The notes: generated by a model from the sequence alone, not told the origin. A stretch of 64,000 bases of DNA from Leptonemataceae bacterium (GCA_965227295.1 OZ245742.1:2368001-2432000); one strand, 5' to 3'. Shown: positions 17,802-28,372, numbered from the stretch's first letter. Numbers and translations are program-made.

Positions 17802-18594
17802 GAGTGGTTCCTTCCAGAATAGAATGATTTACTAACATAACTTCCGCGCAACCTTGTCCCGCCTGACGCAAGACCTGCACGACCTTACCGATGTAGATGA
17901 TGCCGGGTCCGGCGCATAACGCCGTCGGCGGCGCGGACTGCGCATCACCCAGCACACCGAAGTGCGTACGTTGTTCCACCGAAGACGCGCTCTCAACGAG
18001 AGCGAACGGCAGCGACGGCGCGGCGCCGTGCCGTAACAATTCCCCGGCAATCTCTACGAAACGATGCTTGCCCATAAAGATCACCACGGTGCCCGCGAAA
18101 CTTGCGACCGCCGCCCAGTCCTGCTCGCGATCGTGACCGTTGAGGACCATGACGGCCCCGGCCACCCCGCGATGCGTCAGCGGAATGCCGGCCAGGGCCC
18201 CGGCCGCGTTCAACGCGGACATGCCCGGCACGACCTCGCAATGAATGCCGCGCTCTCGAAGATACAGCAGCTCTTCGCCGCCGCGACCGAAGACAAACGG
18301 ATCCCCGCCCTTCAGGCGGACCACGCGCAAGCCTGCCGCCGCGTGTTCGTAGAGGATCGCCTGGATCTCTTCCTGCGAACAGGCGTGGGCACCGCAGCGC
18401 TTGCCGACGTACATCAGCTTCGCGTGCGCCGGAAAGACTTCGTGAAACGAAGCGTCGATCAGTGCGTCGTAGAGAATGACCTCGGCCTGTTGTAAGATGC
18501 GCAGGCCCTTCACGCTCAGATAATCCACGTGTCCCGGCCCGGCGCCGACTAACGTTACCGAACCGGAAGTTTGTAGCGTTTGCGTCGTCATCAT
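17794..18594 (-). CDS. cobA: Uroporphyrinogen-III C-methyltransferase
   Basis: VTLVGAGPG and RLKGGDPFVFGRGGEE; ATGA overlap with the upstream gene at 18591-18594. Confidence 0.93.
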   Translation of the reverse strand: MMTTQTLQTSGSVTLVGAGPGHVDYLSVKGLRILQQAEVILYDALIDASFHEVFPAHAKLMYVGKRCGAHACSQEEIQAILYEHAAAGLRVVRLKGGDPFVFGRGGEELLYLRERGIHCEVVPGMSALNAAGALAGIPLTHRGVAGAVMVLNGHDREQDWAAVASFAGTVVIFMGKHRFVEIAGELLRHGAAPSLPFALVESASSVEQRTHFGVLGDAQSAPPTALCAGPGIIYIGKVVQVLRQAGQGCAEVMLVNHSILEGTTHG

Positions 18595-20036
18595 ACCAGG
18601 GCCTCCGTGGGCTTCCAGGGCTGGAACGCGTTCGCCGGGGCGTTGCATACGGGGCACCGATAGTCCTCGCCCAGTTCTCCGAACGCGATGCCGGGCGCCA
18701 CGTCGCTCAGGTCGTCACCGTAACGCGGGTCGTAGACGTTCCAGCAGCGCACGCACTGGAACGCGCCCGCGTCGGGTAAATTCGCCGGCGCCCGGTTCCC
18801 TTGCGAAGCACCGCGTTCTTCGACGACGGCCGGCGGTTCGAGCGAAAAGTGATTGCGATAGCGCTCGCACAATCTTGCAAAACGGCGGCCCAGTTCCCGC
18901 ACACCGCAGTGCGCGGCCTCCGCAATCCAGCCGCTGCCCGGGTGAAAATCGCGCCGCTGATAGAGCGAATAGCGAGGGCGTCCGAAGAGCCCGCTCCGGT
19001 GCACGACGACGGCCACGATGGTGTCGGCCGCATCCAGAGAGGTGCAGATGGAAAACGAGAGGCCCTCCACGGCGGCGTCTTGCTGCCGCAGCAACCGCAG
19101 CAGGCGGCGGCGTAGCGTTTCGAAACGCCGCACGTTGTCTAATGTGTACTGATCTTCGATTAAGCGCCATACCAGGGAAGCCGAGTTGTGGCGCAGATTC
19201 ACACCGTGCCGGGCGACGAAGCGCCGCCACTCCGGCAGGTTCTCCGGAGAAATTCCCTTAAGCATGAGAGCGTGACAGGCCGTGAAATAGATGCGCCCCA
19301 GGTTATGCTTGCGCGCCAGATACGCGAGTTCATCGAGAAACAGCACCGGATAACGCAGGGATTCCCGGGCAATGCCCAGACGAAAACGCCCGCCGTTCAT
19401 CTCGTGAAAGCCTTCGAACTTTCCGGGCTCGGCCGTGAACGCTTCGGCGGACGGCGCCTCGGAGAGCGGGAGCAGGGAATCGCTGTGCTCGGTGGCGATC
19501 GTTTCCACGCTACGGCCGGCCGCCACCTCCGCGAGTAAGAACGAGGGCACGAGAAACGGAGCCGGCGTGTGCGCGTCCCAATGCAAGAACCAATGATGGC
19601 GGATGGGCGAAGCCGTAAAGTTCACATCCTGTACACTTAGCGGCAGGAGCGTGCCGGGCGAGTCGAGCAGGCGCACCCGGCGCTCCGCCCGGCGCAGGGC
19701 GAAGGCGTCGAAGATATCGAAGAACACGCTCTCACTCAGCCAGGGCGCGGTATCGAGCACACCCACCGCGGCGACGGACGACATGAGGTTCGGCGCACCC
19801 ATTACTCGCGAAAGCTCGCGTCCCACCGGGGTTTCCACGAAGCTGCGCGCGCGCACGGCATCGGGAAAGTCGATCCACAAACTCTGTCGCGCACCGATGC
19901 GCAGTTCTTCCACGCCGCACTGATGGGCGGAGCGCGCAATCTCTCCCAGCATTCCCGGCGCAATCACGCCGCCCGGACAGGGGATTTCGAGGGAACGTTG
20001 TTTGCCGCGAAACAACTTGCGAAAACGAAGACTCAT
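18591..20036 (-). CDS. Nitrite/sulfite reductase half-domain-like protein with C-terminal rubredoxin
   Basis: N-terminal PGGVI...IGARQ ferredoxin-like half domain, C-terminal CVRCWNVYDPRYGD...CPVC; coupled to both neighbours. Confidence 0.75.
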   Translation of the reverse strand: MSLRFRKLFRGKQRSLEIPCPGGVIAPGMLGEIARSAHQCGVEELRIGARQSLWIDFPDAVRARSFVETPVGRELSRVMGAPNLMSSVAAVGVLDTAPWLSESVFFDIFDAFALRRAERRVRLLDSPGTLLPLSVQDVNFTASPIRHHWFLHWDAHTPAPFLVPSFLLAEVAAGRSVETIATEHSDSLLPLSEAPSAEAFTAEPGKFEGFHEMNGGRFRLGIARESLRYPVLFLDELAYLARKHNLGRIYFTACHALMLKGISPENLPEWRRFVARHGVNLRHNSASLVWRLIEDQYTLDNVRRFETLRRRLLRLLRQQDAAVEGLSFSICTSLDAADTIVAVVVHRSGLFGRPRYSLYQRRDFHPGSGWIAEAAHCGVRELGRRFARLCERYRNHFSLEPPAVVEERGASQGNRAPANLPDAGAFQCVRCWNVYDPRYGDDLSDVAPGIAFGELGEDYRCPVCNAPANAFQPWKPTEALV

Positions 20037-23000
20037 CGATGCACCGCCTCCGCCGAAATTTCACGCGCTGCCTGCGCTTCGAATTGCTGCAGCAGGCGAC
20101 GCACCTCGGGTTTGCAGCTCCCGCAACCGGTACCGGCGCCGGTTTTGCGCACCACCGCTTCGAAGTCGATGCCGCCGTCCGCGGAACGCGCCTCGGCCGC
20201 CGCCGCGGCGATATTGCCGGTGCCGACCTGATTGCACGAGCACACCAGTTCGCCCGCGACGGCCGGTGCCGTACTGCCGCCGTGCAACAAGCGCCCGCGC
20301 TGATCCCCCAACTCCACGCCGCTTTCAAGAAGATCGCGCAGGCGCGCCAGGTCCGCCGTATCGCCGGCCAAAATCGCGCCGACCAGGCGCTCGTTACGAA
20401 CGATGCACTTTTTGTAAATGCCGCTCGCCGGATCACTGAGTACGACACAATCATCGCCGTCCTGCGCGACGACCGTACCCATGCTCACCAGGGGAAAACC
20501 TTCGAGCTTAAGTACGTTTAAATCAATGCTACCGTCGTAAAACTCGGCGGGGTCACCGGCGAGCACGCCCGCCAGGACGCGCGCCTGGTCCGAGGCGGCC
20601 AGCGTGGTACCGAACGTCTGGTGCCGAAACTCCACACACTCACCGATGGCATACACATCCGGCACGCTCGTGCGCAGATACTCGTCGACGACGATGCCGA
20701 AGTTCGTTCGCAGCCCGCACGCCGTCGCGAGATCGATGCGCGGCTCCGTGCCGAGCGCGCAGATCACCGAAGAACACGACACGCGTTTGCCGCTCGAAAG
20801 ATAAGCCGTGAACGCATTGCCGGCCGGAAACACGCCGATGACCTCATCGTTCAAAAACAGTTCGATGCCGCGCTCATTCACGGCCCGGCCGAGCAAATCA
20901 CCGGCGCTGGCATCCAACTGGCGGCTCATCAAGCGCGCGGAACGATGGACCAGGCTCACGCGCCGACCGGTGGCCGCGAGCGCGCCGGCCAGCTCCACGC
21001 CTAACAGACCGCCGCCGACGATTAGCGCGTCGGTGCCCGCGTTTTGTAAGATGCGATCCGCGTCGCGCCGATCGCGCAGGTACATCACGCCGCTGCTGTT
21101 CAAACGCGCGTGGCGCCGCGGGCGACTGCCCGTGGCGAAGACCAGCACGTCGAAGTCGTGCTCGACACCGGCCTCCGTGCGCAGCGACCGCGCGGCCAGG
21201 TCCACGGACTCCACCGCGCAGCCGGTGTGCACCTGCAACCGGGGGACGCCTTCGTCCGCAAAACGCAGACTCTCGAACGAGCGCGATCCCTGAATGTAAT
21301 CGGGCAGCAGGATGCGATTGTAGAACGGATCCGCTTCTTTCGAAAATATGTGGATCTCGTCTCGATCGTTTTCCCGGCGATGGGCCTCCACAAACGCAAA
21401 GGCCGCGGCCCCCGCGCCGATGACGGCGATCTTGCGCCGCGGCGCCTCGAACCTCGTAACTTCTACCGCGGAAAACTTAAAGTCCGGCTCTTTCGACACC
21501 GGGTCGAACAGCGGATTGGTGACGTTGTTGGCCCGGGCCTGGGTGTTTTGTAAGATCTTCCCCCAGTGCATCGGGGCGAACACCACGCCGCGCTTGATCG
21601 AATCGCGCAGCCGCACGCGCAGTTGAATTTCACCGCGCCGGCTCGTAATGCGCGCCACGTCGCCGTCACCCAGGCACCGCAACTCCGCATCGTCGGGATG
21701 CATTTCCAGGAACGGCCGCGGGATGTGCCGGCCGAGCTTGCGAACCTTGCCGCTGCGCGTCATCGTATGCCACTGATCCCGGATGCGCCCCGTGGTCAGG
21801 ACGAGCGGGAAGTCCGGGGCCGTGGGTTCCGAGGCCAGGGCGTCGTCGCAGCCGAAGAGCTTCGCGCGCTGGTTGTCCGTGAAGAAGCGCCCGTCGGCAA
21901 ACAGCCGCGGCGTCCCTCTGTGATTTTGTGATAGAACAGGCCATTGCATGCTGCCTTCGGCCCGGAGACGATCGTAGCTCAGCCCCGAGACGTCCAGGTT
22001 CGTACCGCGGGTGAGGCCGCAGTGCTCGTCGTAAATCTCCGCGGCGGAAGCGTACTCGAAGGCCCGGCCGAAACCCATGGCCCGGCCGAAGCGGGCGAGG
22101 ATCTCGGCGTCCGGCAACGCTTCCCCCGGCGCCTCCACGAACTTCGGCAGATACGCCACGCGGCGCTCCGAGTTCGTCATCGTACCTTCTTTTTCGAGCC
22201 AGCCCGCGGCCGGTAAGATCAAATCAGCGTACTCTAAGCTGTCCGAGCGCCGGGAGATGTCCTGCACAATGACGAAGCGCGCGCGCCGCATGGCCTGGGC
22301 GACCTTCGTGGAATTCGGCAGGCTCACCAGCGGGTTCGTGCAGATGATCCAGACGGCCTTGAGCGAGCCGTCGTGCAGGGCGTCGAACATCTCCACGGCG
22401 CTGAGGCCCTGCTGCGCCGGAATATTCTCCGGCGGCACGTCCCAGTACGCCGCTACTTCACGGCGATGATCGGCATTGCCGAGATCCCGGTGCGCGGCAA
22501 GCATCGAAGAGAGGCCGCCGACCTCCCGGCCGCCCATGGCGTTCGGCTGACCCGTCAGCGAAAAGGGACCGCTGCCCGGCCTGCCGATCTGCCCGGTGAT
22601 GAGGTTCAGGTTGATCAGCGCGAGGTTCTTATTGACGCCGGCCGCGCTCTGGTTGAGCCCCATGGCCCACAGCGTTAAAAAAGTCCGCGCCTCACCGATC
22701 CAGCGCGCCGCGAGCTCCAGGTCCGTAACCGCAACTCCACAAATGTTAGCGGCCTCGTCGATACTGCGCGCGAACGCCGCCGCGCACAGTTCTTCGAAGC
22801 CGTCGGTATGATTTTCAATAAAAGTGCGATCGATCCGGCCGTATTCGATCAGCAGCCGCGCAATCGCATTGTAAAGCGTAACGTCGGTGCCCGGGGCGAT
22901 CTGCAAATGCAGGTCCGCGGACTCGCAGGAGTCGGTGCGCCGCGGGTCCACGACGATGATCTTCGCCTCCGGACGCTCCGCTTTACGCGCCTCAATGCGC

Positions 23001-23554
23001 CGAAACAGAATCGGGTGACACCAGGCCGGGTTCGCTCCCGCGATCAAAAAACAGTCGCAGTGGTCGATGTCCTCGTAAGCGATCGGAACGGAATCTTCGC
23101 CGAGCGCCTGCTTGTAACCGACCACCGCGGACGACATGCACAGTCTGGAGTTAGTATCAATGTTCGCCGTGCCCAGAAAGCCTTTCGTGAGCTTGTTGGC
23201 GAGGTAGTATTCTTCCGTAAGTAACTGGCCCGAGACATAGAAACCGACGGCGTCCGGGCCGTGTTCGTCGATAATGCCGCGGAAGACCGCGGCGGCGCGA
23301 CCGATGGCCGTATCCCAGTCCACGCGTTGCAACGGAGCGTTGCGGCTCCAGCGCATCTCCGGATACAGCAAACGATCGCTTTGATCCGTCACCGTGTGAT
23401 GCAGGTTCATGCCCTTCGAACAAAGCAGGCCGCGATTCGAGGGATGCTGCTCATCCCCGCGCAGGCTCAGGCGCCCGTCCGCGGCGCGCTCCACCACCAC
23501 GCCGCAACCGACGCCGCAGTAAGAGCACGTGCTTTTGATTTGTTCGGTGGACAT
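20033..23554 (-). CDS. nasA: Assimilatory nitrate reductase catalytic subunit fused to FAD/NADH oxidoreductase and BFD 2Fe-2S domains
   Basis: CSYCGVGC, LCSKG, DTNSRLCMSS, LTGQPNAMGGRE and LTTGRIRDQWHTMTR, followed by VIGAGAA, IVGGGLLGVE and VCSCNQV...CGSC. Confidence 0.92.
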   Translation of the reverse strand: MSTEQIKSTCSYCGVGCGVVVERAADGRLSLRGDEQHPSNRGLLCSKGMNLHHTVTDQSDRLLYPEMRWSRNAPLQRVDWDTAIGRAAAVFRGIIDEHGPDAVGFYVSGQLLTEEYYLANKLTKGFLGTANIDTNSRLCMSSAVVGYKQALGEDSVPIAYEDIDHCDCFLIAGANPAWCHPILFRRIEARKAERPEAKIIVVDPRRTDSCESADLHLQIAPGTDVTLYNAIARLLIEYGRIDRTFIENHTDGFEELCAAAFARSIDEAANICGVAVTDLELAARWIGEARTFLTLWAMGLNQSAAGVNKNLALINLNLITGQIGRPGSGPFSLTGQPNAMGGREVGGLSSMLAAHRDLGNADHRREVAAYWDVPPENIPAQQGLSAVEMFDALHDGSLKAVWIICTNPLVSLPNSTKVAQAMRRARFVIVQDISRRSDSLEYADLILPAAGWLEKEGTMTNSERRVAYLPKFVEAPGEALPDAEILARFGRAMGFGRAFEYASAAEIYDEHCGLTRGTNLDVSGLSYDRLRAEGSMQWPVLSQNHRGTPRLFADGRFFTDNQRAKLFGCDDALASEPTAPDFPLVLTTGRIRDQWHTMTRSGKVRKLGRHIPRPFLEMHPDDAELRCLGDGDVARITSRRGEIQLRVRLRDSIKRGVVFAPMHWGKILQNTQARANNVTNPLFDPVSKEPDFKFSAVEVTRFEAPRRKIAVIGAGAAAFAFVEAHRRENDRDEIHIFSKEADPFYNRILLPDYIQGSRSFESLRFADEGVPRLQVHTGCAVESVDLAARSLRTEAGVEHDFDVLVFATGSRPRRHARLNSSGVMYLRDRRDADRILQNAGTDALIVGGGLLGVELAGALAATGRRVSLVHRSARLMSRQLDASAGDLLGRAVNERGIELFLNDEVIGVFPAGNAFTAYLSSGKRVSCSSVICALGTEPRIDLATACGLRTNFGIVVDEYLRTSVPDVYAIGECVEFRHQTFGTTLAASDQARVLAGVLAGDPAEFYDGSIDLNVLKLEGFPLVSMGTVVAQDGDDCVVLSDPASGIYKKCIVRNERLVGAILAGDTADLARLRDLLESGVELGDQRGRLLHGGSTAPAVAGELVCSCNQVGTGNIAAAAAEARSADGGIDFEAVVRKTGAGTGCGSCKPEVRRLLQQFEAQAAREISAEAVHR

Positions 23555-23581
23555 GATTGCTTCCAGGATCGGGCGGCGGAC

Positions 23582-24922
23582 TCAGGCCGCGTGCGAGGCG
23601 GCCTCCGGCATGAGTTCGTCCAATTCGTCCTGAACGGCATTTTCTTCGGCCTGGGAGAAACGCACGACCAGGGACAGGCCCGCCGCGACTAAGACGACGA
23701 TACCGATCACTAACAACGCTTCCTGGTAACTTAGCGATCCACGAAAGAGGAAGCCGGCCGCCACGGCGCCCGCGTTGCCGCCGGCGCCGACGATGCCGGA
23801 AACGGCGCCCACGGCTTTGCGGTTCACGAACGGCACCACTGAAAACGTCGCGCCCTCGGACATCTGCACGAAGAGGCTGAAGAGCACCATGGTGCCCACG
23901 GCCAGGTACAGGACGTTCATCTGCGAAAAGAGGATGAGCAGCAGGCCTTCGCCGCACAGGACAATGGCCAGCCAGCGCACACGACCCTTGAGACCGCCGG
24001 CGTTGCCGAAGCGGTCACCGAAGAAACCGCCCAGGGTCCGGGCGAAGATGTTCATGAGACCGAAGAGGCCGGCAATGAAACCCGCCGTCGCCGGCTCTAA
24101 CTGAAACTCGTCTACATAGTAGAGGGCCGCAATGTTGTTGATCGTCAGTTCTACGCCGAAGCACGCGCCGTAGATCACGAAGAGGGCCCACACCCGCGGA
24201 TCGGCGGCGACAGCCATGAAGTTCTTAAGCGAGTTTTTTGAAGCGCCCTGAAACTTCGGGTGCGACTCGCGGATATCCTTAAAGTTGCCCCCGGGGGTAT
24301 CCTGCGTGCCGAAGTAGTAGATCAAGCCCATCAGCAACAGGGCGATGCCGGGCACGATCATCGCGTACCGCCAGCTCAGCGCCGCCGTAAAACCGAACGC
24401 CGCGAAGAAACCGAAAATAGACGGCATCACCATCTGGGTGACGCCGCCGCCCATGTTTCCCCAGCCGGCCGTGGTGGCGTTCGCGGTGCCGACGACGTTC
24501 GGCGCGAACATCACCGAGGTATGGTACTGAGTAATGACAAACGAAGCGCCGATGACGCCGATCGCCAGGCGAAACAGCAGAAAGCTCAAATAGCTGTCCG
24601 CCAGGCCGATGCCCATCACCGGCAGCGAACCGAACAACAGCACCCCGCTGTAGGTCAGTCGCGGGCCGATCTTGTCGCACAGCCAGCCGACGAACAGGCG
24701 GGCAAACACCGTGATGGCGACCGAGGCGATGATGATGTTGCCGACCTGGGCCTTCGAGAGGCCGAGCTCGTCCCGCACGTAGACCATGAGCGGGGCGATG
24801 CCGAACCAGCCGAAGAAACACAGAAAGAATGCGATCCAGGTGAGGTGAAACGTCCGCATCTGCGGGGTGGCGAGGCTGAATAAATGAATGCGTGTGGCTT
24901 TCGAGCCGGGTTGCGTGGTCAT
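23582..24922 (-). CDS. narK: NarK/NRT2-family nitrate/nitrite MFS transporter
   Basis: MRTFHLTWIAFFLCFFGWFG and nitrate signatures ATTAGWGNMGGG and GIVGAGGNAG. Confidence 0.95.
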   Translation of the reverse strand: MTTQPGSKATRIHLFSLATPQMRTFHLTWIAFFLCFFGWFGIAPLMVYVRDELGLSKAQVGNIIIASVAITVFARLFVGWLCDKIGPRLTYSGVLLFGSLPVMGIGLADSYLSFLLFRLAIGVIGASFVITQYHTSVMFAPNVVGTANATTAGWGNMGGGVTQMVMPSIFGFFAAFGFTAALSWRYAMIVPGIALLLMGLIYYFGTQDTPGGNFKDIRESHPKFQGASKNSLKNFMAVAADPRVWALFVIYGACFGVELTINNIAALYYVDEFQLEPATAGFIAGLFGLMNIFARTLGGFFGDRFGNAGGLKGRVRWLAIVLCGEGLLLILFSQMNVLYLAVGTMVLFSLFVQMSEGATFSVVPFVNRKAVGAVSGIVGAGGNAGAVAAGFLFRGSLSYQEALLVIGIVVLVAAGLSLVVRFSQAEENAVQDELDELMPEAASHAA

Positions 24923-24949
24923 TGCAAATCTCCTTTTCGAGACCTACAG

Positions 24950-24965
24950 TGCAACCGCCGTGCCA
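24950..24965 (-). promoter_or_regulatory. Sigma54 -24/-12 promoter of the nitrate assimilation operon
   Basis: Minus strand reads TGGCACGGCGGTTGCA, matching TGGCAC-N5-TTGCA, 27 nt upstream of the start codon. Confidence 0.88.
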
Positions 24966-25075
24966 CTGAGCACATGCCTTGAAATTCAGCAGTACGACCA
25001 CTCCAGGGGCATGCGGTCCGGAGGACCCTCCGATGCCAGCTTTCAAATGCTGAAAATCATTTTTTGATATGTATA

Positions 25076-25125
25076 TGCTTGCACCGTACGCAGAATCAAC
25101 AAAAATTGTGCGCGATATTGCAGCA
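25076..25125. promoter_or_regulatory. Two candidate NtrC-type upstream activator sites
   Basis: TGC-N11-GCA at 25076-25092 and 25109-25125, 33 bp apart; degenerate relative to consensus. Confidence 0.35.
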
Positions 25126-25387
25126 CTTTGCCGTTAGATTGTTTTGCCCGGCACCAGGGGCCGATTTTCTTGTCCGCTCCGGGATCGAAAAAAATAATTT
25201 TTTCGAAATTCAAGAGAATCCTGGCATAAAAGCGCAAAAAGTACGCGCTTTCCCGGATTTCCGCCCGGCCCGCGCGTGTGCTACGGGCGACCTTCGGCGG
25301 CGCGCGGGTGCGGAAAGTTGCCTGGATTCGCCCGCGCCACGGCGACCTGTTAGAAATTGTTGGAATCTTTCAGTATGTGTCCGTGAT

Positions 25388-26320
25388 TCAGCGTCTGCCG
25401 GAGTCCGCCGGAAGATTCGCATGAATCTGCTGATTCAACGCCGCAAAAGAATCCCCGGCGAAGTAGGAACTCCGCACCAGCGGCCCGGCTTCCACGTGCA
25501 GGAAACCCTGATCGAGGGCATACTCTTTCAATTCCTGAAAGACCTCCACGGGGATGTAGGCCTTGAGCGGGGCGTGCTTCGCAGACGGCTGGAGATACTG
25601 GCCGATCGTGAGCATGTGACAGCCGTTCGCCGCCAGATCGCGGATGACCGCGCGGACCTCTTCAAGCTCCTCGCCCAGGCCCAGGATCAGGCCGCTCTTC
25701 GTAAGAAAGCCGGCCTGAGCCGAGGTGCGCAGCACGTCCAGGGAGACCTGGTAGTTCGACTGCGGGCAAATGCTTCGAAACAGAGACGGCACCGTCTCGA
25801 CGTTGTGATTGATGATGTCCGGTTTCTCGGCGCGGATGCGCGCGAGATTCTCTTCGCGACCCTTGAAATCCGGGATGAGCACTTCGATCGTGGTCTGCGG
25901 ATTCACCGCGCGCACCCGTTCGATGACCCGCGCAAAGTGCGTGGACCCGCAGTCTTTCAGATCGTCGCGGTCCACGCTGGTGATGACGGCGTGCTTCAGA
26001 CCCAGCTCGCGGATGGTCTCCGCGATGCGCTGCGGTTCCCGGGGATCGAGCAGGCTCGGGCGCGCGGTGTGTACGTCGCAGAAGCCGCAACTGCGCGTGC
26101 AGTTCTTGCCCATGATCATGAACGTGGCGCTACCCTGGGACCAACAGTGACCCAGGTTCGGACAGGACGCTTCTTCGCACACGGTGTTCAGCCGGGCGCC
26201 GTGGACTGTCTCCCGCACGCGATCCGCCGTCTCGGGCCGGCCCTCGGTCATGCGCAGTCGCACCTTCATCCATTCGGGCGGCGGGGGAGGCGTGGTCTCG
26301 GGGTACTTGATGCTCACCAT
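25388..26320 (-). CDS. lipA: Lipoyl synthase
   Basis: TVCEEASCPNLGHCW, CTRSCGFC radical-SAM motif, and GPLVRSSY. Confidence 0.97.
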   Translation of the reverse strand: MVSIKYPETTPPPPPEWMKVRLRMTEGRPETADRVRETVHGARLNTVCEEASCPNLGHCWSQGSATFMIMGKNCTRSCGFCDVHTARPSLLDPREPQRIAETIRELGLKHAVITSVDRDDLKDCGSTHFARVIERVRAVNPQTTIEVLIPDFKGREENLARIRAEKPDIINHNVETVPSLFRSICPQSNYQVSLDVLRTSAQAGFLTKSGLILGLGEELEEVRAVIRDLAANGCHMLTIGQYLQPSAKHAPLKAYIPVEVFQELKEYALDQGFLHVEAGPLVRSSYFAGDSFAALNQQIHANLPADSGRR

Positions 26321-26444
26321 CGAAACGTACTGCGATCCACCCCGGCACTCAAGCCTTTTTCTTGCTTTTCAATCGCGACGAAGGTTTCATATTTGCCGTC
26401 CTGTCTCAGGACGTCGGTCGTCGCGCTTTACATCAGGGGGAATT

Positions 26445-27884
26445 ATGTCGGGACCGGAAAAGCTGCCGTTCAGCAAACAAGTCGCATACGCGGTGGGCCA
26501 GTTCGGCTGGTCCACGCTCATGAATCTCGTCAACCTGACGCTCGTTTACTTTTACATTCCGCCGGACACCGCCTGCCTGCCGTTCTTTGTAACGCAGGAA
26601 CAGTTCTTCGTAGTTCTGAACATCATCACGCTGATCCTGGCCAGCGGCCGGCTCTTCGATGCCGTCACCGATCCGCTCATCGCCGGTTTCAGCGATCATT
26701 CCAAACACCGCAAGGGCCGACGCATCCCGTTCATGTTCTGGAGCACGGTACCGGCGGCGTTGTTCTGCGCGCTGTTGTTCTTTCCGCCCACGGCGAGCGA
26801 GTCGGTCACTAACATCTTCTGGCTGGTTGTTATCCAGTTCCTGTTCTTTTTGTTCATCACCGTCTACGTTACGCCGTACTTCGCGCTCATCGCCGAGCTG
26901 GGTCAGACCCCCAAAGAGCGTCTTAATCTTTCCACGTACATCTCGATCACCTACGCCCTGGGCATCGTTCTGGCCGCCCAGACGCCGCAGATCGGCAACG
27001 CCCTGAGCGCCGGCATGGAGCTGGACAAAGTCACCGGCCTGCAATTCGCCGTGGCCCTGGTCTGTGTCATCGCGGTGATCATGATGATCGTGCCCACGTT
27101 GTTCATCGACGAGCGGCGCTACTGCCGACCGGTGGAATCCAACGTGCCGATCATGGAGTCGCTGAAGACGTGCCTTAAGAATCCGAACTTTGTACCGTAC
27201 GTCGTCGCCGACCTCGCGTACTTCATGGGCCTCACGGTCATCATGACCGGTATGCGCTATTACATCGAGGTGTTGCTCGGAATCGGTGTCCTGCCCGCGG
27301 AGGGCGCCACGGCCGGGTCCGACGGCTGCGCCCAGGAGGCCGGCGCGGCGGAGCAACTGCTCGGCGGCGTAATGACGGCCATCGTGGTGGTCTCGTTCTT
27401 GTTTTATCCGGTGGTGAATTTGCTCGCAACGCGCATTGGAAAGAAGCCGCTGGTATTGTTCGCCTTTCTATGGTTCGGCGGGGTCTTCTTTCTCGTGTAT
27501 TTCCTGGGGCAGTTGCCGCTGGCGAAGGAACTTCAGATCTACGTCGTCGCCATGCTCGCTTCGATTCCCATGGCCTTTCTCGGTGTGCTGCCCAACGCGA
27601 TCCTCGCGGACATCGCGGAGCACGACGCGCTCAAAACCGGCGTGCGTCAGGAGGGCATGTACTTCGGCGCCCGGACGTTATTGCAAAAAGTCGGCGTCAC
27701 CGGCGGCGTGGTGGTCTTCGCGGGGCTCACGAACTTCGGCAAGGACATCGGCGACGACCTGGGCATTCGCCTTTCGGGCATGGCCGGGATGGCGCTCTGT
27801 GTTCTGGCATTCATGGCGTTCTCGCGTTATCGTGAACGGGAAGTTCTGGCCGAGATCAAACAAATGGAAGAGAAGGCCGAATGA
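26445..27884 (+). CDS. MFS transporter, GPH (MelB-like) family
   Basis: GRLFDAVTDPLIAGFSD...GRRIPF and ADIAEHDALKTGVRQEGMYFG; ATG 26445 follows AGGGGG. Confidence 0.9.
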   Translation: MSGPEKLPFSKQVAYAVGQFGWSTLMNLVNLTLVYFYIPPDTACLPFFVTQEQFFVVLNIITLILASGRLFDAVTDPLIAGFSDHSKHRKGRRIPFMFWSTVPAALFCALLFFPPTASESVTNIFWLVVIQFLFFLFITVYVTPYFALIAELGQTPKERLNLSTYISITYALGIVLAAQTPQIGNALSAGMELDKVTGLQFAVALVCVIAVIMMIVPTLFIDERRYCRPVESNVPIMESLKTCLKNPNFVPYVVADLAYFMGLTVIMTGMRYYIEVLLGIGVLPAEGATAGSDGCAQEAGAAEQLLGGVMTAIVVVSFLFYPVVNLLATRIGKKPLVLFAFLWFGGVFFLVYFLGQLPLAKELQIYVVAMLASIPMAFLGVLPNAILADIAEHDALKTGVRQEGMYFGARTLLQKVGVTGGVVVFAGLTNFGKDIGDDLGIRLSGMAGMALCVLAFMAFSRYREREVLAEIKQMEEKAE

Positions 27885-28372
27885 AACTCGCCATCTATCC
27901 CGGTTCCTTCGATCCCATCACCAACGGCCATCTCGACATCATCGAGCGGGCCGCGCGCATCTTCGATCGCCTGGTCGTCGCCGTGGCCTTCAACTCCGCG
28001 AAGCAGGGCCTGTTCTCCATCGAAGAGCGAGTGGACTTCATTCGGGAGACGGTCAAGGACATGCCCGGCGTGGAAGTGGCGACGTTCTCCGGACTGCTGA
28101 TCGACTACGCCCAGGAACGCGGCGCCGCGGCCATCATTCGCGGACTGCGGGCCGTCACGGACTTCGACTACGAGTACGCCATGCATCAAATGAACCAGGA
28201 AATGTCGCCGGACATTGAGACGCTGTTCCTCGTAGCCTCGAAGGAGTTCTCGTATCTTTCCAGCACCATCATCAAGGAATTCGCGCGCTACGGTCGCCCC
28301 GTGGCGAACTTCGCGCCGCGCGTCGTGAGCGAGGCCCTGCTGCTGCGCTTCGGACACAAGGACGGCGATTAA
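27881..28372 (+). CDS. coaD: Pantetheine-phosphate adenylyltransferase
   Basis: AIYPGSFDPITNGHLDII, IIRGLRAVTDFDYE, YLSSTIIKE. Confidence 0.97.
   Translation: MKLAIYPGSFDPITNGHLDIIERAARIFDRLVVAVAFNSAKQGLFSIEERVDFIRETVKDMPGVEVATFSGLLIDYAQERGAAAIIRGLRAVTDFDYEYAMHQMNQEMSPDIETLFLVASKEFSYLSSTIIKEFARYGRPVANFAPRVVSEALLLRFGHKDGD

Noticed and set aside
25064..26812. 582-aa plus-strand ORF
   Set aside because: Antisense shadow of lipA running into the MFS gene in another frame; no recognisable motifs.
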